Below, in pieces: positions 32,493 through 42,012 of a DNA stretch of 64,000 nucleotides (positions are counted from its first letter, which is position 1; each line of letters begins with the position of its first letter). The stretch lies in assembly GCA_039815375.1 (NCBI GenBank), contig JBCBZJ010000003.1, forward strand, positions 64,001-128,000, read 5' to 3'. The position numbers were made by a program, and so were the translations under genes. The notes beneath the pieces are model-generated. The model worked only from the letters and a program-made list of their open reading frames with translations. It was not told the origin of the DNA and made no database searches. The stretch is from Verrucomicrobiota bacterium. GTDB taxonomy: Bacteria > Verrucomicrobiota > Verrucomicrobiia > Opitutales > Coraliomargaritaceae.

Positions 32493-33917
32493 ATGGAAAG
32501 CATACCAAATATCTTAGCATCACGATATGCTTCGCAGGCGATGCGTAGTGTCTGGAGCGCCGAAGGCCGGATTGCGCTGGAGCGTGATTATTGGATCGCC
32601 GTGCTGCGTGCGCAGAAGGATCTCGGTCTTGATATTCCGCAGGAAGCCGTCGATGCCTACGATAACGTCAAAGGGCAGATCAATCTCGAATCGATTAAGC
32701 AGCGCGAGGCGGTCACGCGGCACGATGTGAAAGCTCGCATCGAAGAGTTTTGTGATCTGGCAGGCCATGAGCATATTCACAAAGGATTAACCAGTCGCGA
32801 TTTAACCGAGAATGTTGAGCAGCTGCAGATCCTGCGAGGACTCGAGATAATTCGCACAAAGGTGCTTGCGGCGTTGTTAAAAATAGCCGATCGCGCTGAG
32901 GAGTGGAAAGAGCTCGTTATCACAGCCCGCACTCATAACGTGCCCGCTCAACCGACGACTTTAGGCAAACGCCTTGCCATGTTTGGCGAGGATCTGCTTT
33001 GCGCAGCTCGCGAGCTTGACCGTATAATAGACAACTATCCGGTCCGTGGTCTGAAGGGGCCGGTCGGTACCCAAATGGACTTGCTCACGCTTTTTGACGG
33101 AGACCATGAAAAGGTCGACCAACTGGAGGGCAAAATCCTGGATCACCTCGGGGTAGGTGCCGCGCTCGATACCGTCGGGCAAGTCTATCCGCGCAGTCTC
33201 GATTTTGAGGTCGTCTCTGTTTTCGTGCGCTTGGCTTCGGGGCCCTCCAGTTTTGCCAAGACACTCCGCATTATGGCCGGCCATGAACTCGCGAGTGAAG
33301 GCTTTGCAAAAGGCCAGGTCGGCTCCTCTGCCATGCCGCACAAAATGAATAGCCGCAGTTGCGAACGTCTCAACGGCTTTGCTGCAATTCTCAAGGGCTA
33401 CCTGACCATGGCGAGCGAGCTTTCCGGAGACCAATGGAATGAAGGTGACGTCTCCTGCTCGGTAGTGCGCCGTGTCTTTCTGCCGGACAGTTTTTACGCC
33501 ATAGACGGTCTGGTCGACACCTTCATTACGATCTTGAACCAGATGGAGGTCTATCCTGCGGTAATTGATCAGGAGAACCAACGTTACGGCCCCTTTCTCG
33601 GCACAACGACTGTTCTGATGGAAGCAGTTAAAGCGGGAGCCGGCCGTGAGGAAGCGCACGAGGCCATAAAGCAGCATGCCGTCGCTACGGTCCGGGACCT
33701 TCGCTCCGGGGCGATTACTCAGAATGATCTGGTTGATCGACTTGCGGCGGACACTCGTCTCGGTTTGACGGCAGATGCACTTGCGACTCTGGTTACTGAG
33801 GCGCAGGCACTTACCGGAACAGCGGCTGAACAGGTTGATAAATTCTGCGAAATTGTTCGTGTAGAAGCTGAGAGTGTTCCAATCGCAGGCACCTACGAGC
33901 CCGGAGCAATCCTTTAA
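32493..33917 (+). CDS. purB: Adenylosuccinate lyase
   Basis: RHDVKA, TSRDLTEN and GSSAMPHKMN motifs. Confidence 0.95.
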   Translation: MESIPNILASRYASQAMRSVWSAEGRIALERDYWIAVLRAQKDLGLDIPQEAVDAYDNVKGQINLESIKQREAVTRHDVKARIEEFCDLAGHEHIHKGLTSRDLTENVEQLQILRGLEIIRTKVLAALLKIADRAEEWKELVITARTHNVPAQPTTLGKRLAMFGEDLLCAARELDRIIDNYPVRGLKGPVGTQMDLLTLFDGDHEKVDQLEGKILDHLGVGAALDTVGQVYPRSLDFEVVSVFVRLASGPSSFAKTLRIMAGHELASEGFAKGQVGSSAMPHKMNSRSCERLNGFAAILKGYLTMASELSGDQWNEGDVSCSVVRRVFLPDSFYAIDGLVDTFITILNQMEVYPAVIDQENQRYGPFLGTTTVLMEAVKAGAGREEAHEAIKQHAVATVRDLRSGAITQNDLVDRLAADTRLGLTADALATLVTEAQALTGTAAEQVDKFCEIVRVEAESVPIAGTYEPGAIL

Positions 33918-33979
33918 AGGTTGCCTTCGGAAAAAGCAACCGACACACAAACACCCTTTAAATTAAACTCCACCAGAAT

Positions 33980-35242
33980 ATGTCAGAAGAACTTGAAGGA
34001 AACTGCCTTGTCGCCCAATCCGGCGGCCCTACATCCGTGATTAACGCTAGCCTCGCCGGAGTAGTCACCGAAGCGCTCAACTACGAGTGTATTGAGGAAA
34101 TCTATGGAGGATTGAACGGCGTGCTCGGTATTCTCAATGAACATATCATCGATCTAGCTGCAGAGTCCCAGCAAAATATCCGCGGTCTTCGCTATACCCC
34201 TGGTGCTGCCCTTGGCACTTGCCGTTACAAGCTCAAGAAGCAATCCGATTTCGACCGCGTGCTTCAGGTCTTTGAGGCGCACAATATCCGTTACTTTTTT
34301 TACGCAGGCGGTAACGATTCTCAGGATACGGCTGACAAGATTTCCAAGCTTGCACAAGAGCGCGGCTATGAACTCCGAGTGATTGGCATTCCTAAAACGA
34401 TCGACAACGATCTCGTTACTACAGACCACACTCCCGGATATGGCAGCGTCATCAAATACATTGCTACGACGGTTAAGGAAATTGCCGCGGACAATGCTGG
34501 CATGGGCCAACACGATCTCGTTCAAATTATCGAAGTAATGGGCCGTAGCGCTGGCTGGATTGCAGCAGGTGCTGCTCTGGCAAAACGACGTGATGAACCC
34601 AACGCCGCCCCACACCTGATCTATCTCCCTGAAGTAGCTTTCTCGGCGGAGAAATTCGTTTCCGATGTGCAGCACGTCCTACAAAAAGAACGTTATTGTA
34701 TCGTCGTTGTTGGCGAAGGCCTGGTCGATGCGGACGGCAACTATGTTTCCACTGACGGTGCGGAGGCTGATGCCTTTGGTCACTCTCAGCTGGGTGGTGC
34801 GGGGGAATACCTCCGCAGCCTTGTTGAGGAAAGTCTCCAGGTCAAAGCACGCTCTGTCAAACTGGGCATGGCTCAGCGCGCCGCAGTGCACTGTTCTTCA
34901 CAGGCCGATAACGACGAAGCGTTCCTTGCAGGCCAAGCTGCTGTTCAGGCTGCGATTGCAGGTGAGACAGACAAAATGGTCACCCTTCTTCGCAGCGAAG
35001 GCGATGGCTACGCGTGCGAAACTGGTCTTGCGCCACTTTCCGAAATTGCCAACGGCGTAAAGAAGCTTCCTGAAAGCTGGATTAACGAGGATGGCGTGAG
35101 CATGAATTATAACTTCTATAAGTACGCACTGCCGCTGATCCAAGGCGAAGTGCAGGTTCCTTATGAAAACGGCGTGCCCGATCTGATCAAACTTCGCATG
35201 GAGAAGATCGAACGTAAGTTGGGTGCGCACAGCTTCGAGTAG
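33980..35242 (+). CDS. pfkA: 6-phosphofructokinase, PfkA family (probably PPi-dependent)
   Basis: QSGGPT, GGNDS, PKTIDND and EVMGR motifs; the Asp in GGND and Lys in PKTIDND are PPi-type residues. Confidence 0.88.
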   Translation: MSEELEGNCLVAQSGGPTSVINASLAGVVTEALNYECIEEIYGGLNGVLGILNEHIIDLAAESQQNIRGLRYTPGAALGTCRYKLKKQSDFDRVLQVFEAHNIRYFFYAGGNDSQDTADKISKLAQERGYELRVIGIPKTIDNDLVTTDHTPGYGSVIKYIATTVKEIAADNAGMGQHDLVQIIEVMGRSAGWIAAGAALAKRRDEPNAAPHLIYLPEVAFSAEKFVSDVQHVLQKERYCIVVVGEGLVDADGNYVSTDGAEADAFGHSQLGGAGEYLRSLVEESLQVKARSVKLGMAQRAAVHCSSQADNDEAFLAGQAAVQAAIAGETDKMVTLLRSEGDGYACETGLAPLSEIANGVKKLPESWINEDGVSMNYNFYKYALPLIQGEVQVPYENGVPDLIKLRMEKIERKLGAHSFE

Positions 35243-35265
35243 TCATTAGACACGCTTCTATTTCT

Positions 35266-35297
35266 AGCCCCCCAGTCCATGCTGAGGGGGCTTTTTT
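35266..35297 (+). terminator. Rho-independent terminator after pfk
   Basis: agcccccc-ag...ctg-a-gggggct stem followed by a T run. Confidence 0.7.
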
Positions 35298-35381
35298 ATG
35301 GGGATAGCGGTCAATTTGCATCAGATTTACGAACAGCTTTTGGTTTGTAGATTTGGTTCCATTCTTGCTAATCATGAAAAT

Positions 35382-36131
35382 ATGAAGCTGTTGAGACAGA
35401 GTGCTCTCTTTTTATTACTAAGTTCCTTATTGTCCCACGCAGAGGGTGATTTCAGGACTTTCACCAGTGTGGATGGTCGTGAAATGGTCGCCAGTCTTTT
35501 GAATGTAAGTGGAGACGATGTGACCATCCGGCGTCAGGCAGACGGCAGAAAAATGACCACCAAGATGTCTGCTTTCTCCAAAAAAGACTGCGAATACATG
35601 ATCTCCTGGGAAGAGGCCCAACGCCTGGCCCGGGATGACTCATTCGATATAAAAATTCGGCGCACCACAGGAGGCAGCGAAAAGAGCAGCACCGCATCGA
35701 CTAGTAACAAATCCTGGATGGAAGGTTATGAAATTACCCTAAGCAATGAGTCTCGAGGGGATATCACTGATTTGGATGTTAAATACATAATCTTCATGTT
35801 TGACGAGAAGGTTGCCGCGACACGTAAGAACCAAGGTGAGTTAAAGCGCGAATTTGGAAATTTTGATTTAGCCCGACTCGAGCCCGATGGCACCACAAAC
35901 CATCTGACCGAGAAGTTCAGGATGCAGAAAAGCCAATTGAAGCAGGGCTGGTATTACATCAACGGTGGCGACTACAAAGCCGAAGATGAGCTGGCAGGTT
36001 GCTGGGTGCGCGTTTACAAGGATGGTGAGATGCTACGCGAAGTGTCTTTACCGGCCTCCGTTGCCCGCAATGAGGAATGGAAATGGCCCAAGGCCAAAAA
36101 GAATCAGAAGAAGAATAAGAAGAAGCAGTAG
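35382..36131 (+). CDS. Secreted protein with N-terminal SHD1-like domain
   Basis: Signal peptide from ATG 35382; RTFTSVDGR..A.L......VTIRR.DG......FS..D.EY motif. Confidence 0.7.
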   Translation: MKLLRQSALFLLLSSLLSHAEGDFRTFTSVDGREMVASLLNVSGDDVTIRRQADGRKMTTKMSAFSKKDCEYMISWEEAQRLARDDSFDIKIRRTTGGSEKSSTASTSNKSWMEGYEITLSNESRGDITDLDVKYIIFMFDEKVAATRKNQGELKREFGNFDLARLEPDGTTNHLTEKFRMQKSQLKQGWYYINGGDYKAEDELAGCWVRVYKDGEMLREVSLPASVARNEEWKWPKAKKNQKKNKKKQ

Positions 36132-36146
36132 TCGCGACTGGTTCAT

Positions 36147-36668
36147 TCATGTGCTGACCAAGCGATCAATTGCCACAATTGCTTCGCCAAAGCGCTGAGA
36201 AGCGTCTCCAGTTAACTCCAGGTAGGGCAGTTCGAGGCGTATAAGGCTTTCTTTGAATTTCTTCTGTAGCTCTGCCCGGACTTCAGGGCTTTCCCGTTGG
36301 CCCGGGTCCGGTTGCCAGTTCACTCCCTCAGGCGAACAGAGAAGATAAATACTGTAGCTCCGGCTAAGAAAGGTCTCGTTGACCCATTCGATTTGCTCAC
36401 CGAAGAAGTAATTAGCGTAGAGAATCGATGAAAGTAGATTTGTATCGTGGAAGATAATGCGCCTGGCCTGGCTGAGTGCTTCATCTTCCTGGGCAAGTTG
36501 GCCCTGAGCAATGGTTTCGAGGTCTTCTCGGATCAATTCTCGGTCCAGTTGGTCGACATAGGTGCGCACAAACTCATTTGTCCAAGGCTCTTCGTAGTAG
36601 CTAGAAAGCCTCGCGGCCAGAGTGCTTTTTCCGGTGCATTCCGCACCGGTTAGGACAACGCGTATCAC
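36147..36668 (-). CDS. NadR-like nicotinamide riboside kinase domain (AAA_28)
   Basis: VLTGAECTGKSTL, E..R.Y, DT and WQPDPGQR motifs; in an operon with pnuC. Confidence 0.8.
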   Translation of the reverse strand: MIRVVLTGAECTGKSTLAARLSSYYEEPWTNEFVRTYVDQLDRELIREDLETIAQGQLAQEDEALSQARRIIFHDTNLLSSILYANYFFGEQIEWVNETFLSRSYSIYLLCSPEGVNWQPDPGQRESPEVRAELQKKFKESLIRLELPYLELTGDASQRFGEAIVAIDRLVST

Positions 36669-37072
36669 TGTTCTAATTCTTTCTTCCGCACGGCTAAATC
36701 CGCATAGCGTTTCTCGTTGCGCTTCCAGCTCGGTAAGCTCGAAGCCAGATTACTGGCGATGGCGATGATCAAGGCAGATGTATAAATTGGTTCATCGGTA
36801 GCGAAGATACCCAAGACTTTGAGGAGTAGAACGAAACCTGTGAGGACGCTTATTCCGAGACAGGTGCGAAGAAAAACTCTCCTGTTGAAGGCTTTCCTGC
36901 CTATGGCGCGTTCTTCTGTCCATTTTTCGAAGAACTTGCACTCAGACTTTGTTAGTGGTCGGCTGGTATTGAAGTGGATGCCTTTACTCGCTGGCTTATA
37001 TCTTTTGTGGTCCTTGTGTTCGGCTTCCGACAAGCTCGGCTCAGGTATGGTCCACTGGAAGGTCTTGCTCAT
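36665..37072 (-). CDS. Hypothetical membrane protein
   Basis: Start at ATG 37072 overlaps the pnuC stop; two hydrophobic segments; overlaps the next gene's start. Confidence 0.55.
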   Translation of the reverse strand: MSKTFQWTIPEPSLSEAEHKDHKRYKPASKGIHFNTSRPLTKSECKFFEKWTEERAIGRKAFNRRVFLRTCLGISVLTGFVLLLKVLGIFATDEPIYTSALIIAIASNLASSLPSWKRNEKRYADLAVRKKELEQ

Positions 37073-37665
37073 GTGTAAGATGATTCTAATTCGAGCTTCC
37101 AGTCTCGCCAGCCTTTTATCGCGAGCCCGATGAAGACTGCGAAGAGCAAGACACTCGGCCAAGCTTGGTTCTGAAAGAAGATTCCGAGGTAAACAAAGTC
37201 CGAGACCAGCCACAGGAGCCAAGTCTCGATCTGTTTACGGCTCAGCATCCATTGAGCAGCGAAGGCGGTAGTTGCCGCGAAGGCGTCCAAATAAGGCAGT
37301 GCGGACTCGCCGCCCTTACCTAGAAAGTAGCCCATAGCGAACGTGAAGCCCACCAGAAACACAGCGATCCGCAGCAATTCGCCGCGTGTCGATTTCCGGA
37401 TTGGTAAAGCCTCGCCTATGGAGACGCGTCCCCAGTTAATCCAACCGTAGGCGGAGACCCCAATAAAGGCCAAATTCATGACCATGAAGGCATGAAGATT
37501 AAAATCTAGGCTGATATAAACGTAGCATCCATAACAGGCGATGAAGAAGGGCCAGGCGGTGACCTTTTCCTTGATGCTGAGCCATACACCTAGAATGCCC
37601 GTGACCATACCGAGCCATTCCACCCAACTGGTTGCCACCAGTTGCTCCACGAATTTCTCCAGCAT
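37069..37665 (-). CDS. pnuC: Nicotinamide riboside transporter PnuC
   Basis: EW.G...G...VWL, YGWINW, PYLDAF, AQWMLSRK.IE.W and GW..W motifs. Confidence 0.88.
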   Translation of the reverse strand: MLEKFVEQLVATSWVEWLGMVTGILGVWLSIKEKVTAWPFFIACYGCYVYISLDFNLHAFMVMNLAFIGVSAYGWINWGRVSIGEALPIRKSTRGELLRIAVFLVGFTFAMGYFLGKGGESALPYLDAFAATTAFAAQWMLSRKQIETWLLWLVSDFVYLGIFFQNQAWPSVLLFAVFIGLAIKGWRDWKLELESSYT

Positions 37666-37672
37666 GACCTAA

Positions 37673-37969
37673 TCAGTCCGCGTCGTAAACTTTCACTTTT
37701 CGCCAGAGCTCCTGATTCTTGAGGAAATCAATGTGAATCGGGTCGATTTGGTAGGCGTCGTGCGCTGCAATATTTTTGAGTATGACCGTCAGGCAAAAAT
37801 CATAGCTCTTGTCGATCACTGGCCGGTCCGGAGTATTTGCAGGTGAACCGATGTAGACGGCCTCGGCATGTTTGATGCCTTTCATGGTTTCCAATGCGAG
37901 TCGGAACTGAGTGATTTGGTCGCCCTGAAGGTCTTTCTTGAGCCAGAAGAGAACGGTGTGAACAAGCAT
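37673..37969 (-). CDS. Dabb (stress-responsive A/B barrel) protein
   Basis: HTVLFWLK...YD...HDAYQIDPIH...VYD. Confidence 0.85.
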   Translation of the reverse strand: MLVHTVLFWLKKDLQGDQITQFRLALETMKGIKHAEAVYIGSPANTPDRPVIDKSYDFCLTVILKNIAAHDAYQIDPIHIDFLKNQELWRKVKVYDAD

Positions 37970-37983
37970 AGTATGAATAATGG

Positions 37984-38583
37984 TTAAAAAATCTTGGCGA
38001 TATTATCCTGTAACTCCGAGTGGTTGGTCGCCACGGCCAGATCTGGACGTTCGTCAATCAGTCTTTGTGGTGGGCAGAACAGGCACTTATGATTGGCAAC
38101 TTCAATCATGCTCAAGTCGTTGTAGGAATCACCTGCTGCAAAGGTCTCGAAGTTCAGTGCCTTGAATGCTTCGACAGCCCTACGCTTATGATCCTTTAAG
38201 CGAAGACGGTAGTCAGCGATCCTGCCTTTCTCATCAATGACGAGATCATGGCAGAAAAGGGTCGGGTTGCCGAGCTTTGCCATCAAAGGTCCGGCAAACT
38301 GGCTGAAGGTGTCGGATAATATAACAAGGCGTGTCTGCGCAGTGACCCAGTTGACGAACTCCACAGCTCCGGGGAGCGGGTCAAGCGTGCCGATAACTTC
38401 TTCAATGTCAGCGAGCTTAAAGCCTTCCTTGTCGAGGATATCCAGACGGTAACGCATTAGCACATCGTAGTCCGGCTCATCGCGCGTGGTGCGTTTTAGA
38501 GCTTCGATGCCGGTCTTCTCAGCAAAAGCGATCCATATTTCAGGAATGAGCACTCCCTCCAGATCAAGGCAGACGATATTCAT
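37984..38583 (-). CDS. thrH: Bifunctional phosphoserine phosphatase/homoserine phosphotransferase
   Basis: CLDLEGVLIPEIW, TTRDEPDYD, ILSDTF and AAGDSYND motifs. Confidence 0.93.
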   Translation of the reverse strand: MNIVCLDLEGVLIPEIWIAFAEKTGIEALKRTTRDEPDYDVLMRYRLDILDKEGFKLADIEEVIGTLDPLPGAVEFVNWVTAQTRLVILSDTFSQFAGPLMAKLGNPTLFCHDLVIDEKGRIADYRLRLKDHKRRAVEAFKALNFETFAAGDSYNDLSMIEVANHKCLFCPPQRLIDERPDLAVATNHSELQDNIAKIF

Positions 38584-38621
38584 GAACGTCTAGACCGCGT
38601 CAAAGAGGGGCAGAGTCAATA

Positions 38622-39173
38622 TCAATTAGTGATGAGCACACTGTCGGGAGGAAATGACTGTAGGATCTCGCTAACAATCTGCTGCACTTCGGCCTCATCA
38701 GGTGCGCTCCAGCCGAGTCGTTTCACATAGGCTCCGCGCCAGACGAGTTCGCTGCTTTCTGAATCAATAACATCGATGATGAAGGTGCCTTCTTCGTATT
38801 GATCGATGTCAAGAAACCGACCGCCGAAGCCGTAGTAGGGGTAGCGCCGAAAGGGTGGTGGCCCGAAATCGTTGATTTCAGTTCTGGTTTTCGTAACTGT
38901 ATTAAAGGTGATTCGAAAGTCCGTATCACTTTTCTTTTGTTGGAAGCCTTTTGCGACCAGTTCCTCGACTATTGCGCGCTCAATCCGGCGCTCAACAATC
39001 GGGCTGAGAACGACATCCTGATAGTCTTTACGCGTTTCCCTGCTATCGATTGCAAAGCTCTGGTAGGTTGCCATTTCTTCGAGAGCGGCTCTGTCGAAAT
39101 CCACCTTCGTCGGCGAGATACAGCCGGAAAGAAAAACCATCACAAAAATCGATGCTAAAGCCGAAAATTTCAT
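38622..39173 (-). CDS. DUF4136 family lipoprotein
   Basis: Lipobox LSGC; YEEGTFIIDVID....LVWRG...FPP motif; start taken at ATG 39173. Confidence 0.8.
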   Translation of the reverse strand: MKFSALASIFVMVFLSGCISPTKVDFDRAALEEMATYQSFAIDSRETRKDYQDVVLSPIVERRIERAIVEELVAKGFQQKKSDTDFRITFNTVTKTRTEINDFGPPPFRRYPYYGFGGRFLDIDQYEEGTFIIDVIDSESSELVWRGAYVKRLGWSAPDEAEVQQIVSEILQSFPPDSVLITN

Positions 39174-39232
39174 AGCAGTATAGTAATAGAAGCCCGAAGT
39201 TCTGCAATATTCCATGAGAAGAAAGAAAAAAC

Positions 39233-39991
39233 CTAAAGTATGCAGGGCTGCTCAATAAAATCCCATTCCAGTCCGAATTTCTCGGCTACCTCGGCGGCCA
39301 ACGCCTTTACACCGAAAACTTCGGTGGCGTAATGGCCACATGGATAGAGGTTAAGGCCTATCTCCTGTGCCATATTGAAGTGATGCTGGCGTAGCTCGCC
39401 TGTGACAAGGGTATCAATTCCGTTTGCCTTCAGGTGGGCCACCGCACTCTGACCGCTCCCAGTCAGTATGCCGATGCGTTCAGGCCATTCGCTTCCATAC
39501 TCAATTCCTTGATAAGTTTTGGGAAAGAGTTCTTGAAGCTTTTTGGAGAGTTCGGACCGGCCGCCTTTTGGGGCTGTAGCTATAGTTGCGATATGGTTGC
39601 CTTCGTAAGGAAGAAACGAGTCGATGCATTCGAGTCCGAGTTCTTGAGCCAAAAGGGCGTTGTTGCCGATTTCCGGATGTGCATCAAGCGGTAGATGGGC
39701 TCCATAGACTGCAAGGTTCCCTTCGATAGCCGTTTTAAGTTTCTTATAGTTTGGCCCTGTAATTGGTGTTGGAGGCGTCCAGAAAAGTCCGTGATGGCAG
39801 ATCAGGAAATCGATACCGGCAGCAATCGCTGCCTCGAAGGGGATTTGCCCTGCATCTACGGCGGCGCCGATTCTGCTGACTGTTCCCATGTTTTCAACCT
39901 GAAGGCCGTTGTAAGCGCCCTCGAAGTCCTTGATCTCTGTTTTGCGAATACGAGTATCACAAAAAGTGACGATTTCGGATAATGCGGGCAT
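39233..39991 (-). CDS. Nif3-like dinuclear metal centre protein
   Basis: NGLQVE, HHGLFW, HLPLDAHPEIGNN and GHYATE motifs. Confidence 0.92.
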   Translation of the reverse strand: MPALSEIVTFCDTRIRKTEIKDFEGAYNGLQVENMGTVSRIGAAVDAGQIPFEAAIAAGIDFLICHHGLFWTPPTPITGPNYKKLKTAIEGNLAVYGAHLPLDAHPEIGNNALLAQELGLECIDSFLPYEGNHIATIATAPKGGRSELSKKLQELFPKTYQGIEYGSEWPERIGILTGSGQSAVAHLKANGIDTLVTGELRQHHFNMAQEIGLNLYPCGHYATEVFGVKALAAEVAEKFGLEWDFIEQPCIL

Positions 39992-40047
39992 TTCGCAAGA
40001 TTGCTAGTTGGCACTCGAATGTGAAGGTTGAAATCTGTTCCTTTGTT

Positions 40048-42009
40048 TCAAGTGCTTCCCGGCCTGGAGGCGAATAAGCTTTTGACGCTGTTGACCGGCT
40101 TTTCCTTCGTTGTGCCCGCTCCGACTTGTTGGAAGGGTAGAACGACTTTGAACTCGCTACCCTTGCCGGGGCTGGAGCGAAGGTATATTTTCGAGCCCAT
40201 TGCTTCACAGATTTGCTTGCAGATGGCCAGTCCCAGGCCGGTGCCTCCGTATTCGCGGGAAGTGGAACTTTCCGCCTGTGTGAAAGGAGTGAACAGCCGT
40301 TTCTGCGTTTCGTCGTCGATGCCGATCCCACTATCGGTCACGGAGAATTCCAATTGGTGTTGGTTGTTCCTTACCCCGTGATATTGTATTTTGACAACAA
40401 CGTGACCCTGAGAGGTGAACTTAATCGCATTGGAGGCCAGATTTGTGAGTAACTGCCTGAGCCTCATCGGGTCGCCGATCAGCTGGTTCGGGACTCCCTC
40501 CGCGATGTCGGATCGGTATTCGAGGCCTTTGTTGCGTGCTGCTTCCTGAGTGATGTTCCATAACTTCTCGATTTCGTCCTCTAGGCTGAACTCTTTTTGT
40601 TCGAGGTGAATTCCGACCGACTCCATTTTTGTGAAATCCAGTATGTCGTTGATTAGGGTGATCATCGTGTCGGAACTATTGGAAGCGGCTTGAAGGAACT
40701 CTTTCTGTTCTTTGTTGAGTTCGGTTGTGTGCAGCAGTTCAAGCATGCCCACCACGCCGTTCATTGGTGTGCGGATTTCATGACTCATGGTTGCCAAAAA
40801 GTCGGTTTTCGCCTGAGCCAGTGCTTCTGCAGCTTCTTTTGCCCGGACCATTTCTGTTTCGCGTTGCTTCTCAAGGCTAACGTCCGACTCAATGGCTATA
40901 TACTTCTGTAGCTGCCCGGTTGGACTGAAAAGTGGCTCAATGTCCAAACGCACCCAATAGGGACGTCCGGATTTATGATAGTTGAGTAAATTGGTCGTGA
41001 TCGGTTTGTTTGCCTTAAGTGCTTTCCCGATTTTCTCGACGGTTTCCGGATCGGTATTTTTGCCTTGGAGTAATCTACCGGGGGTCTTGCCGGCTACTTC
41101 ATCCAGCGTGTAACCAGTCAGTTTTTCGAAGCTTGGGTTAATCCATTGAATCCTGCCATTAGGTCCACAAATCACCACCGCATTGCTCGTGCGCATACTA
41201 ATCTGTGCGAGCTCCTCTGCTTGCTCGAGTGCAATGTTCAAGGCGCGCTGTTTTTCTTCAAGCGACTTGGCATAGTGATGGTGCACCCGAATCAGGGATT
41301 GGACTTCATCCTCTGTTCTGAGAACCTCCATTTCTTCCATCCCGATCAGATGTGCCTCTTCCCGCATCTTATTCTTCAAGCGGCTCAGAGGACTGAGCAC
41401 CTTGCGTATAATGAAGATACTGGCCGTAACGGCGGAGCAAAGAACAAGAAGTATCAATAGGGCTGCTTTGTAAATCAGTTGCTCCCGATATGCCGCTTGG
41501 ATGTGTGAATAGTCCATCGAAACTAGAACTGCTGCGGGCTCCAGATAGGTGGCGTTTCTACCACCAAAGATTCGCGCAGGCAAAACTACTTCGTAAACGG
41601 AGTCTTCTTTTTGCATCGAAGCATGAATATCCATGTGCTTCAGAATATGTAGGGCGGCCGTTTTTTCCTCGAGTCTTGGTAGCGCTTCGACTGGTCGCCC
41701 GATTATCCGATACTTCGAGCTTGCAATGATTTCCTTTGCTTTGCCTGAGACGATATGAATGTCCTCTAGAAAAGGATTAGCAGCAACCATGAGCACATAA
41801 CGTTGGAGTGTATCCAGATCATCGACTGATTCTGCAGTCAGCGCGATTGCCTGTGCGATGGTCGAAGTTTCTCTATGCGCAGTCTTTTTGACGCTTCTTT
41901 CGAACTGCCACAGCTCAAGTCCGACGCCGAGTGCCGAAAAAACAACTCCTACGAACAGCGTGAGGACGATAATCCTGAGTGCAAGGGAGGCTCTGCGAGA
42001 GGTTTTCAC
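40048..42009 (-). CDS. Membrane PAS sensor histidine kinase (no receiver domain)
   Basis: Two TMs around a periplasmic domain, PAS (FEKLTGY...LQG...NYHKSG..YW), H-box MSHEIRTPMNG, NAIKFT, DSGIG and GGTGLGL. Confidence 0.88.
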   Translation of the reverse strand: MKTSRRASLALRIIVLTLFVGVVFSALGVGLELWQFERSVKKTAHRETSTIAQAIALTAESVDDLDTLQRYVLMVAANPFLEDIHIVSGKAKEIIASSKYRIIGRPVEALPRLEEKTAALHILKHMDIHASMQKEDSVYEVVLPARIFGGRNATYLEPAAVLVSMDYSHIQAAYREQLIYKAALLILLVLCSAVTASIFIIRKVLSPLSRLKNKMREEAHLIGMEEMEVLRTEDEVQSLIRVHHHYAKSLEEKQRALNIALEQAEELAQISMRTSNAVVICGPNGRIQWINPSFEKLTGYTLDEVAGKTPGRLLQGKNTDPETVEKIGKALKANKPITTNLLNYHKSGRPYWVRLDIEPLFSPTGQLQKYIAIESDVSLEKQRETEMVRAKEAAEALAQAKTDFLATMSHEIRTPMNGVVGMLELLHTTELNKEQKEFLQAASNSSDTMITLINDILDFTKMESVGIHLEQKEFSLEDEIEKLWNITQEAARNKGLEYRSDIAEGVPNQLIGDPMRLRQLLTNLASNAIKFTSQGHVVVKIQYHGVRNNQHQLEFSVTDSGIGIDDETQKRLFTPFTQAESSTSREYGGTGLGLAICKQICEAMGSKIYLRSSPGKGSEFKVVLPFQQVGAGTTKEKPVNSVKSLFASRPGST

Positions 42010-42012
42010 GAC

